Below are positions 11,388 to 24,857 of a stretch of DNA of 64,000 nucleotides, one piece after another; within the stretch, counting starts at the first letter, position 1; each line of letters begins with the position of its first letter. The notes beneath the pieces are model-generated. The model was not told the DNA's origin and searched no databases. It was given only the letters and a program-made list of their open reading frames with translations. The DNA comes from Trichinella spiralis (Eukaryota). A program made the position numbers and the translations under genes. Location: positions 553,351-617,350 of the forward strand of contig NW_003526946.1 of the NCBI RefSeq assembly GCF_000181795.1. The letters are read 5' to 3'.

Positions 11388-13313
11388 ATGGCTAATGTAC
11401 CTGAGTTGCATCTTGTGCAAAGTCATTGCGGTGGTACGTGCCTTTTTCATGAAGGCAGGGCATATAAATTAAAACGTGCCGCCAGTAAAAAATATTGGAG
11501 GTGCTCGCAAGTATGTGCTAAATGTACAGTGGGTTTCCTTAATTATTTAGGATTAGTTTATTTTGGTATAGGATAAAGAAGGCTGCAGTGGTGCCATATG
11601 GACCAACCTTGATGTGACATCGGTGATGAAGCAAAGTGATCACATCGAAAGCTGCCCGGTGGATGAATACTTGACGTACAAAATGGAAAAGAGGGCGGTT
11701 TTGACAAAGCGCAGCGCGGAAGAAACGAAACCCATCCCGGCCATCTATGATGAGGATGTTTCCGCCGCGTCCTCCGAGCCATCCACATCTGGCTATTTTC
11801 CGCTCTTTAAACGGGTAAAGTCCGCGATGTACGGCCACCGGGCAAAGCGATTCCCAAAACTGTCCACTCATCGTCGGGACCTGCAAATCCCGTTCCCGTT
11901 TGGAACAACAAAGGCCGGTGATAATTTCTTATTGTGGCAGAATGCATCGAAGCACATACTGGTATGTGCTACTGGTTACAACATTAAACTGCTAGCAGCC
12001 ATGCGAACCTGGGTCATGGATGGTACATTCAAGATTGTACCTCAATGGTATCAACAACTGTTTACCATTCCTGCCTTTGTGTCGGGCAAGGTGATGCCAG
12101 CAGTCTATTGTTTATGTATGGGTAAAGACATTGGAACGTGCGGGTATATTTTTCAAGCTTTAATAGACAAAGCGGCAGTTCTGGAGGTCGACCTTAATCC
12201 AGATACCATTATCTGTGATTTTGAAACAGCCCTGATACCTGCAATTCGGGGTTACTTGCCGAATACGCGTGTGCAGGGCTTCTATTTCTACTTCTGCCAG
12301 GCAGTACATACGAAAATCTGTGAGCTGGGATTGAAAACGCGATATCGCCAGCATGAGGAAACAGGAAGAAAAATCAGAATGCTCCTGGCCACCGCTTTCC
12401 TCCCTGTACCGCATGTTAATACGGGTGTTAGCCTGCTTGAAGCAGGCACTACGAGTAATTTATTAGCCTTATTTCAATATTTTCGGAAGGAGTGGATGAC
12501 CGATGAAAGACTGCCGCTTTGGGATGTCCATAATGTAAATATTAGGACGAATATCCACTTGGAAGGTTGGCATAATCGGCTCAACAGAAAAGCAGCTAAA
12601 GCTCATAACGGGTTGTATGAACTGCTCCAAATCCTCATAGCAGAACAGGGTGTGATGGACACCCTGATTCAACAAGTGCTATCAGGAAACGCTACCGTTG
12701 GTGACTTAAGACGCGTAAGCAAGGTTTACGCTGAAAAGCAACGACAGGTTGCACAATATACGGGTGAATACACCAACGGTAGACGAACGCTAGAGCAGTT
12801 CATAGAAGCTTTAATGTATATAACGCAGAGCCGATTTAATGCCGCCTTCAAAGTGGTGGATTGTATTTTATTGTTGTATTGTATTGTATTGTATTATATT
12901 TGTTTTCTGTTTCATTGTATTGTATTATTTAGTTTCTTGCTTTCTTGTTGTTTCCACTTTGTTTATGCCGTTCACTGTTGTTTTTCATTGTTGTCGTTGT
13001 TGTTGTTGCTGCTCCTGTTGGCTAGTGAAAAATAAAAATCACTATTTAACTTATTTTTTGTATTGTTTTTTCTCAATTATTACTATCGCATTTTGGTACA
13101 GTAAAATATAGAATAATGATAAAAATTATTTTCGGGAATGCTCATCATGAAAAAGTATAAACTTCAAAACAAATAATATATTTAAGTAAACTAAATCTCA
13201 ATGAATGACGAAACATCAAACAGACAAAACTTATAATTTTTTGTTTCGTCACTACTATTAAAGTGACGTAATCTTAAATGCAATATTTGAACCAATGAAA
13301 TGAAAAAATATTA
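11388..13313 (+). mobile_element. Mutator-like (MULE) transposase gene with N-terminal FLYWCH domain and 3' trailer; probably defective
   Basis: ATG at 11388 (MANVPELHLV...GRAYKLK...KYWRCSQ), intron 11511-11571, then an ORF with MDGTF, ICDFE and TNIHLEGWHN (D-D-E). The CxxH motif reads FYFY. The 3' trailer matches the copy at ~62.9-63.4 kb. Confidence 0.9.
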
Positions 13314-13329
13314 CAGTTTAAAAACCGGA

Positions 13330-13780
13330 AAATATTCAGATGTTGATGATTCAGCGGAGACTTCTTCGTTGTATATGGCACGGATGGGTATTGTTTGTTC
13401 CGCGCTTTGCTTTTTTAAAACGGCCATTTTTTCCATTTTTTACGCAAATTGCGGATCCATCGGGCATGCTTCCATGTGAGGGATTTGCCGGAGCACAGAT
13501 GTCACATCCAGGTTCGTGGATACTGTGCCTTTTTACCCCTTCTTGTCTTATGGGGAAACAAACAAACTGTTAATGACAAGGAACATATTGAATACATTCA
13601 GCACATACTTCTGAACACTCCCAACCGTTCGTCCGTTTACCGGTATATTTCAATTGATACGCCCTGCCTTCATACACAAGGGACAAACTACCGCAACAGT
13701 TTGTCAAGACGTAACTCACTGACATCATCCATGACGAAAAATAGCGAACACAATGCGAACAGAAAACTTTCTTCGAACCA
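13330..13780 (-). pseudogene. Degenerate 5' fragment of a related FLYWCH-MULE transposase
   Basis: Reads NCCGSLSLVYEGRAYQLK...WECSE with the same intron position as the intact copy, then degenerate KMEKMAVLKKQSAEQTIPIRAIYNE; truncated. Confidence 0.75.
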
Positions 13781-14454
13781 AACAAGTCAACAGCAAAGGA
13801 AAGAATGATTGTGGATGTGAACAAAGAGACAATAAATATGCATGCTTATCTGCCGTCATCAGCATTATCCGGGCGGTCAGGAATTTTTACGATTCTACCG
13901 ATGCTTTATCAAATTAAGTTGTAATCTGACCCAGGCAGTGAACCCCTGCTAGTGTGCAATTGCAGCGCACGCAGAACAATGGCAGCAAAAGCATGGGCGG
14001 CAAATGAAAAACAAATTTATCCTTTATGCCTGCCGACAAGGTTAATTAGCAATGATTGTAATTTGGCAGAAAATATACAGTGCTAGAGAAAGATAACGCT
14101 CACAACCATGATGGAGTGAACTTGAGATGAAAAGTAATTGCTTTTGCTTTCAATTTTATTTAGTAAAATAATTTCGATATGCAACGGATTCCTTTTCCAT
14201 CTGTAACGTTGAACATTTGGTCATTACTTTAATAAGCTTACCAAGTTATTGTTAAGCATTTGATTTATTACTTTTACCAGCAATTATAATGCTACGATGA
14301 TACAAATGAGATGAATTAAATGAAAATAATACTTTTCTGAAATTTCATTCTGAAAATGTAATTTGATATTTCAACTGTCACTTTGCAAAACTGACCTTAA
14401 GCAGGGATAGACATTTTCTTGGAGCCAAGATAAATTCATATTTTGTCAGAAATT
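13450..14454 (-). repeat. Right arm of ~1 kb inverted repeat
   Basis: Reverse complement of 9220-10229. Its distal ~200 nt is also homologous to the 3' flank of REEP copy 2 (~24433-24645). Confidence 0.95.
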
Positions 14455-14662
14455 AATGCAAAACAGCGATTATTGAAATTAATTATTTAATAAAATAACA
14501 ACAGTATCATTTTCACATTCAAATAACAGTTTCAGATTTTATATATTGTACAGAGTTGACAATAATGAAAAATTTTTATGATAATTTAGTATGAAACATA
14601 AGAATATAATAAAAATAATAATGAATAAGCGGATGAATAGTAGAAAAGAGTGATGGTGGTGG

Positions 14663-15157
14663 TTATTCTGCAGTCATTTCTGCAGCAGTAGTACAGCCAG
14701 ATATAAATTCACTGTAACGAGGTTGGAAAATTTTTTCATACAATGTTGCAGCTCCATGGCAGCTTGGAGTGAAAAGCCAAACAAAGAAAATGCATTTCAG
14801 CGGCCAATAGATTGGTATAATGAAAGATATGCATTCAGCAAAATAATCAACAAGTCGAAAGTAGCCAAAAATAACCCAATAAAACTTCCATTGCTTACAG
14901 TTGGCATTTTCACTTGATTGCATCTCGATTAATGTCTTCATTGCTGGATAACTAATGCATATGCAATTGCACAACAATCCTGCATTAGGGCTAAATATCA
15001 ACAGCACAAAAATCACAATTGCTAACATCACCGCAGCTTGGTAACGACTTTTGCCAGTTTTTTGTTCAATTTTAGCAAACAGTTTTCCAACCAATCTGCT
15101 TTCATCACCGATAACATACCAAATATCATTGCGAATATTTTGAAAAATTTGGGCCAT
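14663..15157 (-). CDS. REEP5/DP1/YOP1 (TB2/DP1, HVA22 family) membrane-shaping protein, intronless copy 1
   Basis: Motifs LCNCICISYPAMKT, QWKFYWVIFG and IPIYWPLKCIFFVWLFTPSCHGAATLYEKIFQP match the TB2/DP1/HVA22 pattern. TTTTTCAAG context precedes the ATG region. Confidence 0.88.
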   Translation of the reverse strand: MAQIFQNIRNDIWYVIGDESRLVGKLFAKIEQKTGKSRYQAAVMLAIVIFVLLIFSPNAGLLCNCICISYPAMKTLIEMQSSENANCKQWKFYWVIFGYFRLVDYFAECISFIIPIYWPLKCIFFVWLFTPSCHGAATLYEKIFQPRYSEFISGCTTAAEMTAE

Positions 15158-18100
15158 TTTTCAAGCAATCCAACAACCAACAAGCAGTCAGATTGAAGCA
15201 AGCAAAGCAAACTAATTACTGTTTCATATAATCCTGACTTGAAACTTTAAAATAAGCTAAGTTTAAATTTAAAGTTTTTTCCGAACTTTAAACGTTTTTC
15301 TTGAAGATATTAAACGTTTGCATCATTTACTTGAATAGCATATGTAATTTATAAAAATGTTATTTATAAAAATTAATAATCACTTCTTTATCCGTTTGAG
15401 TCAGTTTTTTTCACTTGAAAAGTGCTTATTGATACCGCTTGATGAGTATGTAATAAACCTAGTTTTGTGATTTTGATTATGAAAAGTTCGTGTCAATGGT
15501 TTATTACCCGCTAATTATGCTTTTCCGAAAATACGAAAAATAATAGCAGCTATTAGCGCTATTTAGCTAGCAATTATACGTGATTTACGCACAAGATGCT
15601 TTTCCGTTTGTCAGATATTGTTCTGATGAGTAGCTAAAGAAATATTCCTACAAAGGGATAGTCTACAAATGATAAATTGCCCACAGATGCAGTTGTCAGT
15701 ATCAACATATTTTCTGATTTCAGCTGGACTGTTCTTCCTTGCAATTAAAGAATAATTTTATCTTCGAAAAGTTTCTTTTGCCCTCTCTAACAAGTGTTTT
15801 TGCGTTTCTTTCTCGGTTTTATTTAAATAAAAAAATGAAAATCTATAATTTTATTTACAAATAAATAAACATTTATTCATAAATTTCGTATAAATTATAT
15901 AAAATTGATATTTCAGTATCGATACTAAACCGTTTCTAAAGTTGACTAATATACTCAAGTTGCAATACATGTATTGTATTTTGATATTTATACTAGCCCT
16001 GCTTATGCTCCGTCGCCATATACAATCATTGCTAAGTATTCTCGTCAGAAGGGATAAAGCAAGGATTGGTCTTTTATCTATCTACCATCCACGCTTTCGT
16101 TGTTTTTTCTCTGAGAACTAATTCAAAGCATAACAGCAATTTTGTATAGCCTATGAAAATACTGAGATTGAGCTGGAATTTGTGCCTCGTAGTGGTCAAA
16201 AGAATGGAAATGCTAGATTCTGGTGCGTAGTGTGCGATGTAGCATCTGCAGAAGATCACCAAAAATCGGTAACATGGTGACCGTATGGTAAAGAATTAAA
16301 GTGAAAAAAATTTTAAACTAAAATATTATTACGAAACCAATCTAATTTTTCACTACAATTTGACTTATATCTCAAATTAAGTCACAAGGTCAAAGGTTGC
16401 CGCATAATGTTGAAAACAGGCTTTCCATGATCATAAATTTTAATATTTTATTTGCTATGTTGGCACATATAAAAAGCAGACAGAGCCAGATAAATGTAAA
16501 CGGAATAATCCATAGTGTATGCTTTTTGTTTTTTATGCTTTTGCATGTACTCATTTTATATTTTGCATTTTACATGCGCTGAGAATCTGCAGTTTTATTG
16601 ATGAAATGTGCGCTGTAAATTAAAATACAAACAAGAAAAAGTAGAATCTCTTGAAATTCAACCACAGTATTTATTCTGAACAAAAATCTGGTGAATTTCT
16701 TTTCATATGAAAATACATTCGTTATATCAATTATTATAAATTGAAATTCAATATGTAAACATATCAGAAAAAAATGTTGAAATTCACGGTTATCTTTCAT
16801 TTAGGAAAACAAAAATGTAACAATAAAGTTGTGTTGATGATATTACTAAAAAAATAGCTGTTTTTTAACACATGTTGACACATACATAAAAAAATATATA
16901 TATATAAAAGAAACAAAATATTACACAAATTGAATTTACACATCCACAAAGGAATGTTGTAGAAGATAAAATTGTTTGCTTAAAATTCACAACAATTTCT
17001 TGTTGCAATTGTTTTTACAAGTTTGTTGAATTCTTTTGTTATTCTTTGTTATCCAAATTCTGATAACGGTATTTTTGTTGTTAATACAGTAAGAACAATT
17101 TTAAGAAAAATAAAAAAAAACGAAAATGTAATCTATTACCATAAATAAAAAAGAAATTTATATATATTTTTTGTATATATTTGCATATAACTTGTTTCAA
17201 AATTCAAATCGAACTGATAACTGTAAATTTACTTTTTACGCCAACAGGGCATTTTACCGTTAAAACTGAAAAGCGGCTTTGCAGCTATATGTATATATAT
17301 TTATATATTTTTTTACTTTTTCGAGGAAACTTGTTTTACTGTGAATAAAATTATTTTTTTCAACATCGGATAAAAATTATTCAATTGCTGACAACACTCG
17401 TGGTCATTATCAGTTGGCTTATTCGATACCTTGGGAAAATGAACAGTTGGTCATTTTCTCGTTGTATTAAAAGTGCCATTAGCTTGGCAGTTGGGCTTGA
17501 TAAATCAACGCGACCATTTCAACCTGTCACTTTCTCGACTTATTTTCCAGGATGGAAAGGAAAAAAAAAAGCTGAAATTTTCAAATCAAAAGCAACGCCC
17601 ATAATTTATTTAGCTGCTCTGTTGCCATCTTGCCAGATGGACAGTTGTGCATTTACGCTCAAATTATCCTACCCGACAATTGAATGCAAAACAAGCATAA
17701 ATTTTAAGCTAAATTTATTGTATATGAAAAATTTGATTGACAGATAACCGAAGAAAGTTAAACTTTGAGAAACTTTTTTCAACTGTTCACTGCTTAGATG
17801 AAAATTTCGATTAATTAATCGATTTAGCCGGGAGGTGAACATTTCATACAGCTTCAGTGTCAATCAGAAATGCTAATTAATGCAAACGTTGTTGTCTTCA
17901 GTTATGCTAAAGTATACGAGCCGAGGCAAGATATGGCCTTACTCAACTTCACTAAATACTGTTATTATTATTCAAAATTTATTAACATTCATTCGAACAG
18001 ACTTATGAAATTTTTTAATATAAAAATAATAAAAAAGCAAACAAAAATCCAGAATAAAATTGTGATTGTTATGATATGTAAAAGGCATTTTAAATAATAA

Positions 18101-19017
18101 AACAGTTTACTATTTTTGCATGCATTGTTTTTACAATGACGGGTTGAAAATCAAATTTAATTACATATAAAACTTGTTTATAAATTCAACATATTCAATC
18201 ACTATCTTTAAACAACTGTCGAAATATTCCCATCCTCAGTTATAAATTACAGTACTTTTTGCAAGTTGAAAATACTTTCCAAATTTCCTATTCATTCCGA
18301 TATTTCCTGTCTATCATCGATGACGATTAATTTAATCTGGTCTGGTATTAAATGCGCAAAATTTAACATAATGACCGTAAGGTGATGGACAATGAACGCA
18401 ATTTACGAAGCATCTTTTATTTTGTATTATCAAGAATTATGAATTCAGTTTTTACAAAAATAACCATTCGTGACATTATATTACAGTACACATTACAATT
18501 TACTATATATGAATATCAAAAGCAAAAGGCTATTATTTAGCAGTAATATTTGAATTCACTTTCAAAATGTAACATATTAGAATTAGAATTCGTGAAACAA
18601 TGATAAACAGCCAAGAATTGCAGTGATTTGAACGGCACAATATTTGATGTAAGTCACGAGGAAACTTCAACCAATAGCTCATCTCGGAGCAATGCACCAA
18701 TCACAGTGAAGATTGATGCGATTGGTATTTGAATAATTAAATTCGCTATCACGTGATGTGGAGACATTCATTACGATAAGTGGAAACGAACGCTACTCAT
18801 TCAAAGTTGAAAAGTTGACGCTTGTTGGCATATTTTTAATATTCTATCATCACAGAAAGTTCTATTTTATTCTTTTCTTGATTTTTTTAACCAAGATTAA
18901 TATTCTCAGTTTAACTAAAGATTAGGTACAATTTGATTACTGTGCTTACTGTAAATCAGCGTTCATTTGCCCAGTAAACTGTTGTTGCTGTTCTATTCTC
19001 AACTTGTATTGCTTCCA

Positions 19018-22000
19018 ATGTCTCAACAAAGTAAGTATTGTTGTTATATTATGTAAAATGTTGATCGTAGCATCGCTATTGTTGTTTGATTTTTAATTTT
19101 TCAAAAAGTGGTGGCTTAACTGCAAAATATATTTGACCAAATCCATGAACCGCATGTTATTTCACCAACTGTTGAGCAATTTTTAATCACTGAATTATTT
19201 TTAGGCCAAGATACGAATTTAGCTGCAGATGAACTGTCGCAGTTGGGTTTAGTAAGTATTATTTAATGTTTTATTAAATTATTTCTTATTGTTGTTGTTG
19301 TTGATGCTTTTTTAGAAAGAATTAGTGAAGCGTCCTGGATACGGGACTGTTGGCAAGCCGATAAAATTAGCATGCAATTATTTTCCACTGATAAAATTAC
19401 AGAAAGGTGATATTGTGGTTAACAGATATCACATCGACATACAACATCCGCGTTTAAAGTTGAATTGGTTCGATTCTAGTTAATTTGTTGTCAAGTTTTA
19501 TTATAGTTTTAATGTGTTTTTATTTTCTGTTCAAGTGATGACAATCGTGACGTATTTTGGGCATATGTAGTGAAGCGTTCAGATATTTTTGGCGATCCAT
19601 TTAAATTAGCGTACGATGGGAAGAGTACTTTGTTCACAGTTGAGAAATTACATTTGAAGCAAGTCGGTGAAACAGCAGATCCGGTTCGTTTTAAAAATTA
19701 ATTCTGGAGTTTTATAAATTGTAATTTTCAAATATGAATATTTGTATATTTTAAGGAAAAGTTTTCCTTCAAAACTGTTCGAGAAAATAAACCATCAGAG
19801 TTGTCTATTTTGATGAAATTTACTGGTCTGGTTCACTTGGACTTCAGAAATGCAGAAGCCGGTTCGCTGGATGAACGTGAAAAGGGTCCAATTCAATTTT
19901 TGGATATATTGTTTGCACAAGGGCGTTCATCTCCATTATTTGAGTAAATTGCAGTTTAATAACAGTTTTAATTTATGAATTGGAATAATTTCAGATTGTC
20001 GAAATCATTCAAAGCAGTCAGGAATTCATTTTATTGCATTCCACAAGGTGCTGGTGTGGACGTGAAATATGGCATTGAATTATGGAGAGGCTTGTTCATT
20101 TCTGCGCGCGTAATTGATGGTTTTCGACCAGCGATTAATATTGATGGTGTGATGGAAATTGTTTTTCATTTCGGTGAAAAAAATTTTAATAATTGAAATG
20201 GATTTTAGTATCACACAGTTGCTTTTACAAGCGTCAGTCACTGATAAATTTGATTTGCGACATATTGAATGGTGATGAACGTGAAGTAAGATTTCATCCA
20301 AATCAGCTTAGATTGAATACCCAACTTCAACCAGAACATTTGAACTTGTTGATACCAGAATTAAAAGGTAATCGTCATTGGAATATTTGAAATATATTTA
20401 AACATTATTTATTAATTTAGGGGTCTGCATTCATACAACACATCGAAATCAAGATCGAATTTATCGTATTAAAAATATACTCAGTACGGCAGTATCGATG
20501 AAATTCCAAAAAGATGGAAAAGAAATTTCAGTTGCGGAATATTTTCGTGATGTTTATGGGCCATTAAAGTATCCAAATTTGCCGTTGGTTGAAGTCGGCA
20601 GTAAATCAAAACCAATTTATTTCCCAGTTGAAGTACAAAAAACGGACAATTGTTTCAACTTTTTTTTTAATACAATGAATTTATTTTGTCTAATTTAGCT
20701 TTGTCAAGTGGCAAACTGTCAAAGATACAACAAGAAATTGAAAGCGTGTCAAACGACTTCTATAATTCGAGTATGTTAATGATTTTAAATATTGATAATA
20801 ATAATAATAATAAATTGTTATATATTTAGTTTGCTTCGACGGACGCTCCTACTCGAATTCTAAAGTGTATGGACATGGTCAAGAAATCAAATTTCAATAA
20901 TGATCCATTTTTGAAAAGTTTTGGCGTTCAAATTAAAGCGGAACCAATGATTGTTAATGGACGAGTTTTGCCTCCGCCTAGGTTGGAATATGGTAAAGGA
21001 AATGGAGGACGTGTAAATAAATAATAATTATTCATTTTGAAAAATATTTGTTTCATAATTTGTCCCATGTTTTTAGCAAATAATTCTTACACCAAAAGAT
21101 GGAGCATGGAATTCGAATGAATTTAAATTTTTTGAATCTGCTTCTTGTGAATCATTTGGATTTGTATCGTTTCTACCACCACATAAAGCATCAATGTTAC
21201 AGTGAGTATTGCAAAATTTCATTAATGAATCAAATTAGCTTTGTTGATTATTTGCTTGATTTTTAGGGAATTTTGTATGCAAATTGTCAGAACATGTCGT
21301 AGTACAGGAATTGAAATGCCGGACAGCCCAAAATTTTACGAACAAGCGCGAAAAAATGATACGGTAGAAATGGTATTGAAACGTATTGCTGACAAATGTG
21401 ACAGAGATGGAATAAAATGTGATTTGGTATTTGTTGCGTTATATTCATCTGAACAATATGGTAATAATTATTTTGTTGTTATATGATGAAATTTATTTTA
21501 TTAATGTTGAATGTATTTTTACCTTTTTTAAGCTCAAGTGAAATCTTGTGGTGATATCACTTTTGGATTGGTCACTCAGTGTGTATTACCGAAAACAATA
21601 AGCGATGTGGCAATAAAGAAGAGCTATTCGACGATGTTAAATATTGCGATGAAAATAAATATGAAAATTGGTGGCATCAATACAAAATTATTGGAAGATG
21701 AAATGTATGATATTGAATTGATGAATGCGTATGAAAAATTCTTGAATGGAAGTTTTTTGTTTAGTTTGGATAATTATTTGTATAAGAATAATGCATTGGT
21801 AATTGGTGTGGATGTGGTTCATCCATCAGCTGTGGAAACGCATTTACCATCAATAGCTTCGGTGGGTATTATTCATGTTATTGTAACTTCAAATTATTGA
21901 AGGAATGTTTTTGATTTGAAGGTTGTTGGAAATGTGGATACAAAAGTGACGAAATTTCATGCTTCGGTGAAACTACAACCAGCGAAGCAAGAACTGATCA

Positions 22001-22881
22001 CCGGATTTATCGAACAATTTTCTGAACGTTTACTGGAATATCTTGATGTTAATGGTACGGCTCCGAAAAATATTATTGTTTATCGAGATGGAGTATCCGA
22101 AGGTCAATTTATGCAGGTGAAATTGTGTTGTATCATTAATTAAAGCAAAGTAAAAATTTATTTTTTTAAAAAGGTTTTGGAAGAAGAACTGCCTGCTCTT
22201 CGTAGGGCTTGCAAATCATTTGCAACAAATTACCAGCCGTTGATTACGTTTATTGTGGTTCAAAAGCGACATCATGCTCGATTTTTTTGTTGTGATGAAG
22301 CTGCAGCACGAGGACGCGGGAAAAACATCCCTGCTGGTACTGTTATCGATAGAGTAGTGACATCTCCTGATGAATATGATTTCTTTTTGTGCAGTCATCA
22401 TGGAATTCAAGTATGACTTTGTGAAATGTTTTGAATCTTTATTATTAATATTATTTGAATTGCAGGGAACTAGTAGACCGACGCGATATCATGTGCTGTT
22501 TGATGAAAGCAACATGGATGCGAATGTCATGCAATCGATTACATACTATTTATGCCATCTGTATGGTAGATGTGCTCGTTCTGTCAGTATACCAGCACCA
22601 GTATATTTTGCAGATTTAGTTTGCGCCCGTGCTCGTTATCATGTTCTTGCAGCGTTGTAAGTTTGATTAATTAACTTATTTAAAAATGAATGAATTATTG
22701 GTTTTTATTTTTTAGAAATTCTGGTCTAGTGGAAAAGTATTCTGATGAAGACAGTAATAGTAGTAGTGGTAGTAGTAGTAGTAGTAGTAGTTCCAGCAGT
22801 AAAGCCGAATCCGTGAAAACAGAATTGTCTAATATAATTGCACTTCACAAAAGAGTTAAAAGAATCATGTACTTTGCATGA
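19018..22881 (+). CDS. Argonaute protein (N-PAZ-MID-PIWI), AGO clade, ALG-3/4-like C-terminus; many short introns
   Basis: N-terminal [53 protein letters not shown] and [54 protein letters not shown]; ends MYFA*. Confidence 0.95.
22753..22800 (+). repeat. (AGT)n coding microsatellite encoding a poly-Ser tract in Argonaute
   Basis: agtaatagtagtagtggtagtagtagtagtagtagttccagcagt. Confidence 0.9.
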
Positions 22882-24857
22882 TCTATATCAACGATGGAAG
22901 CGTATTTTAGTCTAGTATATTGTTTAGTATTCATTTGTAAGCACTAAATATATTTGTGTTTGTTTTCGTGTTGTATTTATTTCTGTCTCTGTGTGTGTGT
23001 CCATGCGTGTATTTCTTAATGTGTTTTTAGATTATAGCTTTTCGTTTCACACAGTCGTGATAAAGAAAATCAGTATACATCATGTAATGAGGATGGTTCA
23101 ATATCTGTGCATTATACTTCTTATGATCAGTTCATTATACCATTCATATTAAATGTATAATATTGAGGTGAAGATGTTTGTTTGCATGAAAAATAAAAGA
23201 GATGGGAAACAAATATTTACGTATGATTAAGTAAGTAAAGAGTTGGAGAAAATTGTTATCAGAGTTTTAAATGTGAAATATGTGGACAGTTTCGAAATAT
23301 TTTGTTATTCTTGATGCTTAATATGTTTAACAGCACTATAATTTTTCCGTCCAATGCTTGCGCTATTGGTGCAATCCTAACCATTATGAATATGAGTTGT
23401 ATTTCAAGGATCATCGTTTAATTGCATGGGAAAAGCAGCAAAGTATCTAAAATTGTTGAAATAAATTTATGACGCAAAAGTACTTGTTCATACATAAATA
23501 AATGAAGAAAGTCAATGAATAAAATGTGCGTGTGTTTGTCTATGAACAGTACTGTTTTCTGAAGGCTTCATCTATAGCTAATTGTAGATATTTTTTCTCA
23601 TATTTGCTTGTTGATTTTTGATGACCATTAACGAGCAAGTTGATAACCATTTTCTAAGGAAAAAATGAAATTAAAGTTTGAATTTTACTTTGTCGTGAGA
23701 AACCAATTTGTTTGTTTTATTATTTCATGGAAATATCTCAAATCAAAATTGCCGTCTTCATTATTTTTGTGATTGAAATTTGTAGATATCAGAAAGATAA
23801 TATTGCTTACTGTTGAGTTTTCTTTCAGGTTTATATACTTTTGAATATAATTAACTTTCATTTTTTATAATACAGTCGAAAACACCAATTCATATAATAA
23901 AAATCTGTATATTAGAAAATGAAAATTAGTTGTCATTAGCTTAAAAAATTTTAGCCAGTGGCGTATTAAATTTATGAAAAGAATCATAAAGAGAAGGAAT
24001 ATTAGCGTTAGACGCATTTGAAAAAAGGATTTAGCTGGCAGACCAGCAGAAGAATCCAGTGATGTATAAATCACAGTGAACATTAGAATTATTGGTATAA
24101 TTGTTATGAGAAATTTTATATTACTGACAAGCATAAAAACGATGAATAGTAATATCAATATTACATGAAAAGCCAATCCCAGGAATGAAAGGTTAGTATG
24201 AGATGTATTTCCTGGAATTGTGATTCGTTACTCCTGCACGATGTTGCATCCGTCAAGCATTTGATTTATTACATTTATACTGGTGCGTCGGCAAATTTGT
24301 AAGAAGCGTGTCGAAGCTGATGACATGCACGGTAATAAAGATCAAAGTGAATGTTTAGAATTCAAAGTTATGATGATGGAAATAATTTTCGTCGCTGTTC
24401 TACTTTATGCAGCTGCCAGTGTTGTAACATTTAAGCATTTGATTTATTACTTTGGCAATCAATTATAATGCTATGATCATACAAATGAGAATTAAATGGA
24501 AATAATAAGTTAACAATTTTATTCTGAAAGTGCAATTTGATATTTCAACTGTCACTTTGCAAAATTTATCTTAAGCTGGGTTAAAGATTTTCTTGCAGTT
24601 ATTTCCTACATAACAAGTTAAATTCATATTTTGTCAGAAATTAATGCAAAGCAGCAATTATTGATATTAATTATTTAATAAAATATGAACTTTATCATTT
24701 TTACATTCAAATAACTGTTTGAAATTTTATATATTGTGTAGAGTTGAGAATAATCAAAAAGCTTTTGAATAATGAAGTATTAACCATGACAATATAATAA
24801 TTAAATTAACAGTTAACGGATAAACGGATTAGTAGTAGCAAATAATGATGATGGCAG

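Noticed and set aside
24255..24450. 18-bp direct repeat AAGCATTTGATTTATTAC as a target-site duplication
   Set aside because: The repeat is real (24255-72, 24433-50), but sequence outside it does not resume homology with the REEP copy 1 flank, so an insertion cannot be shown.
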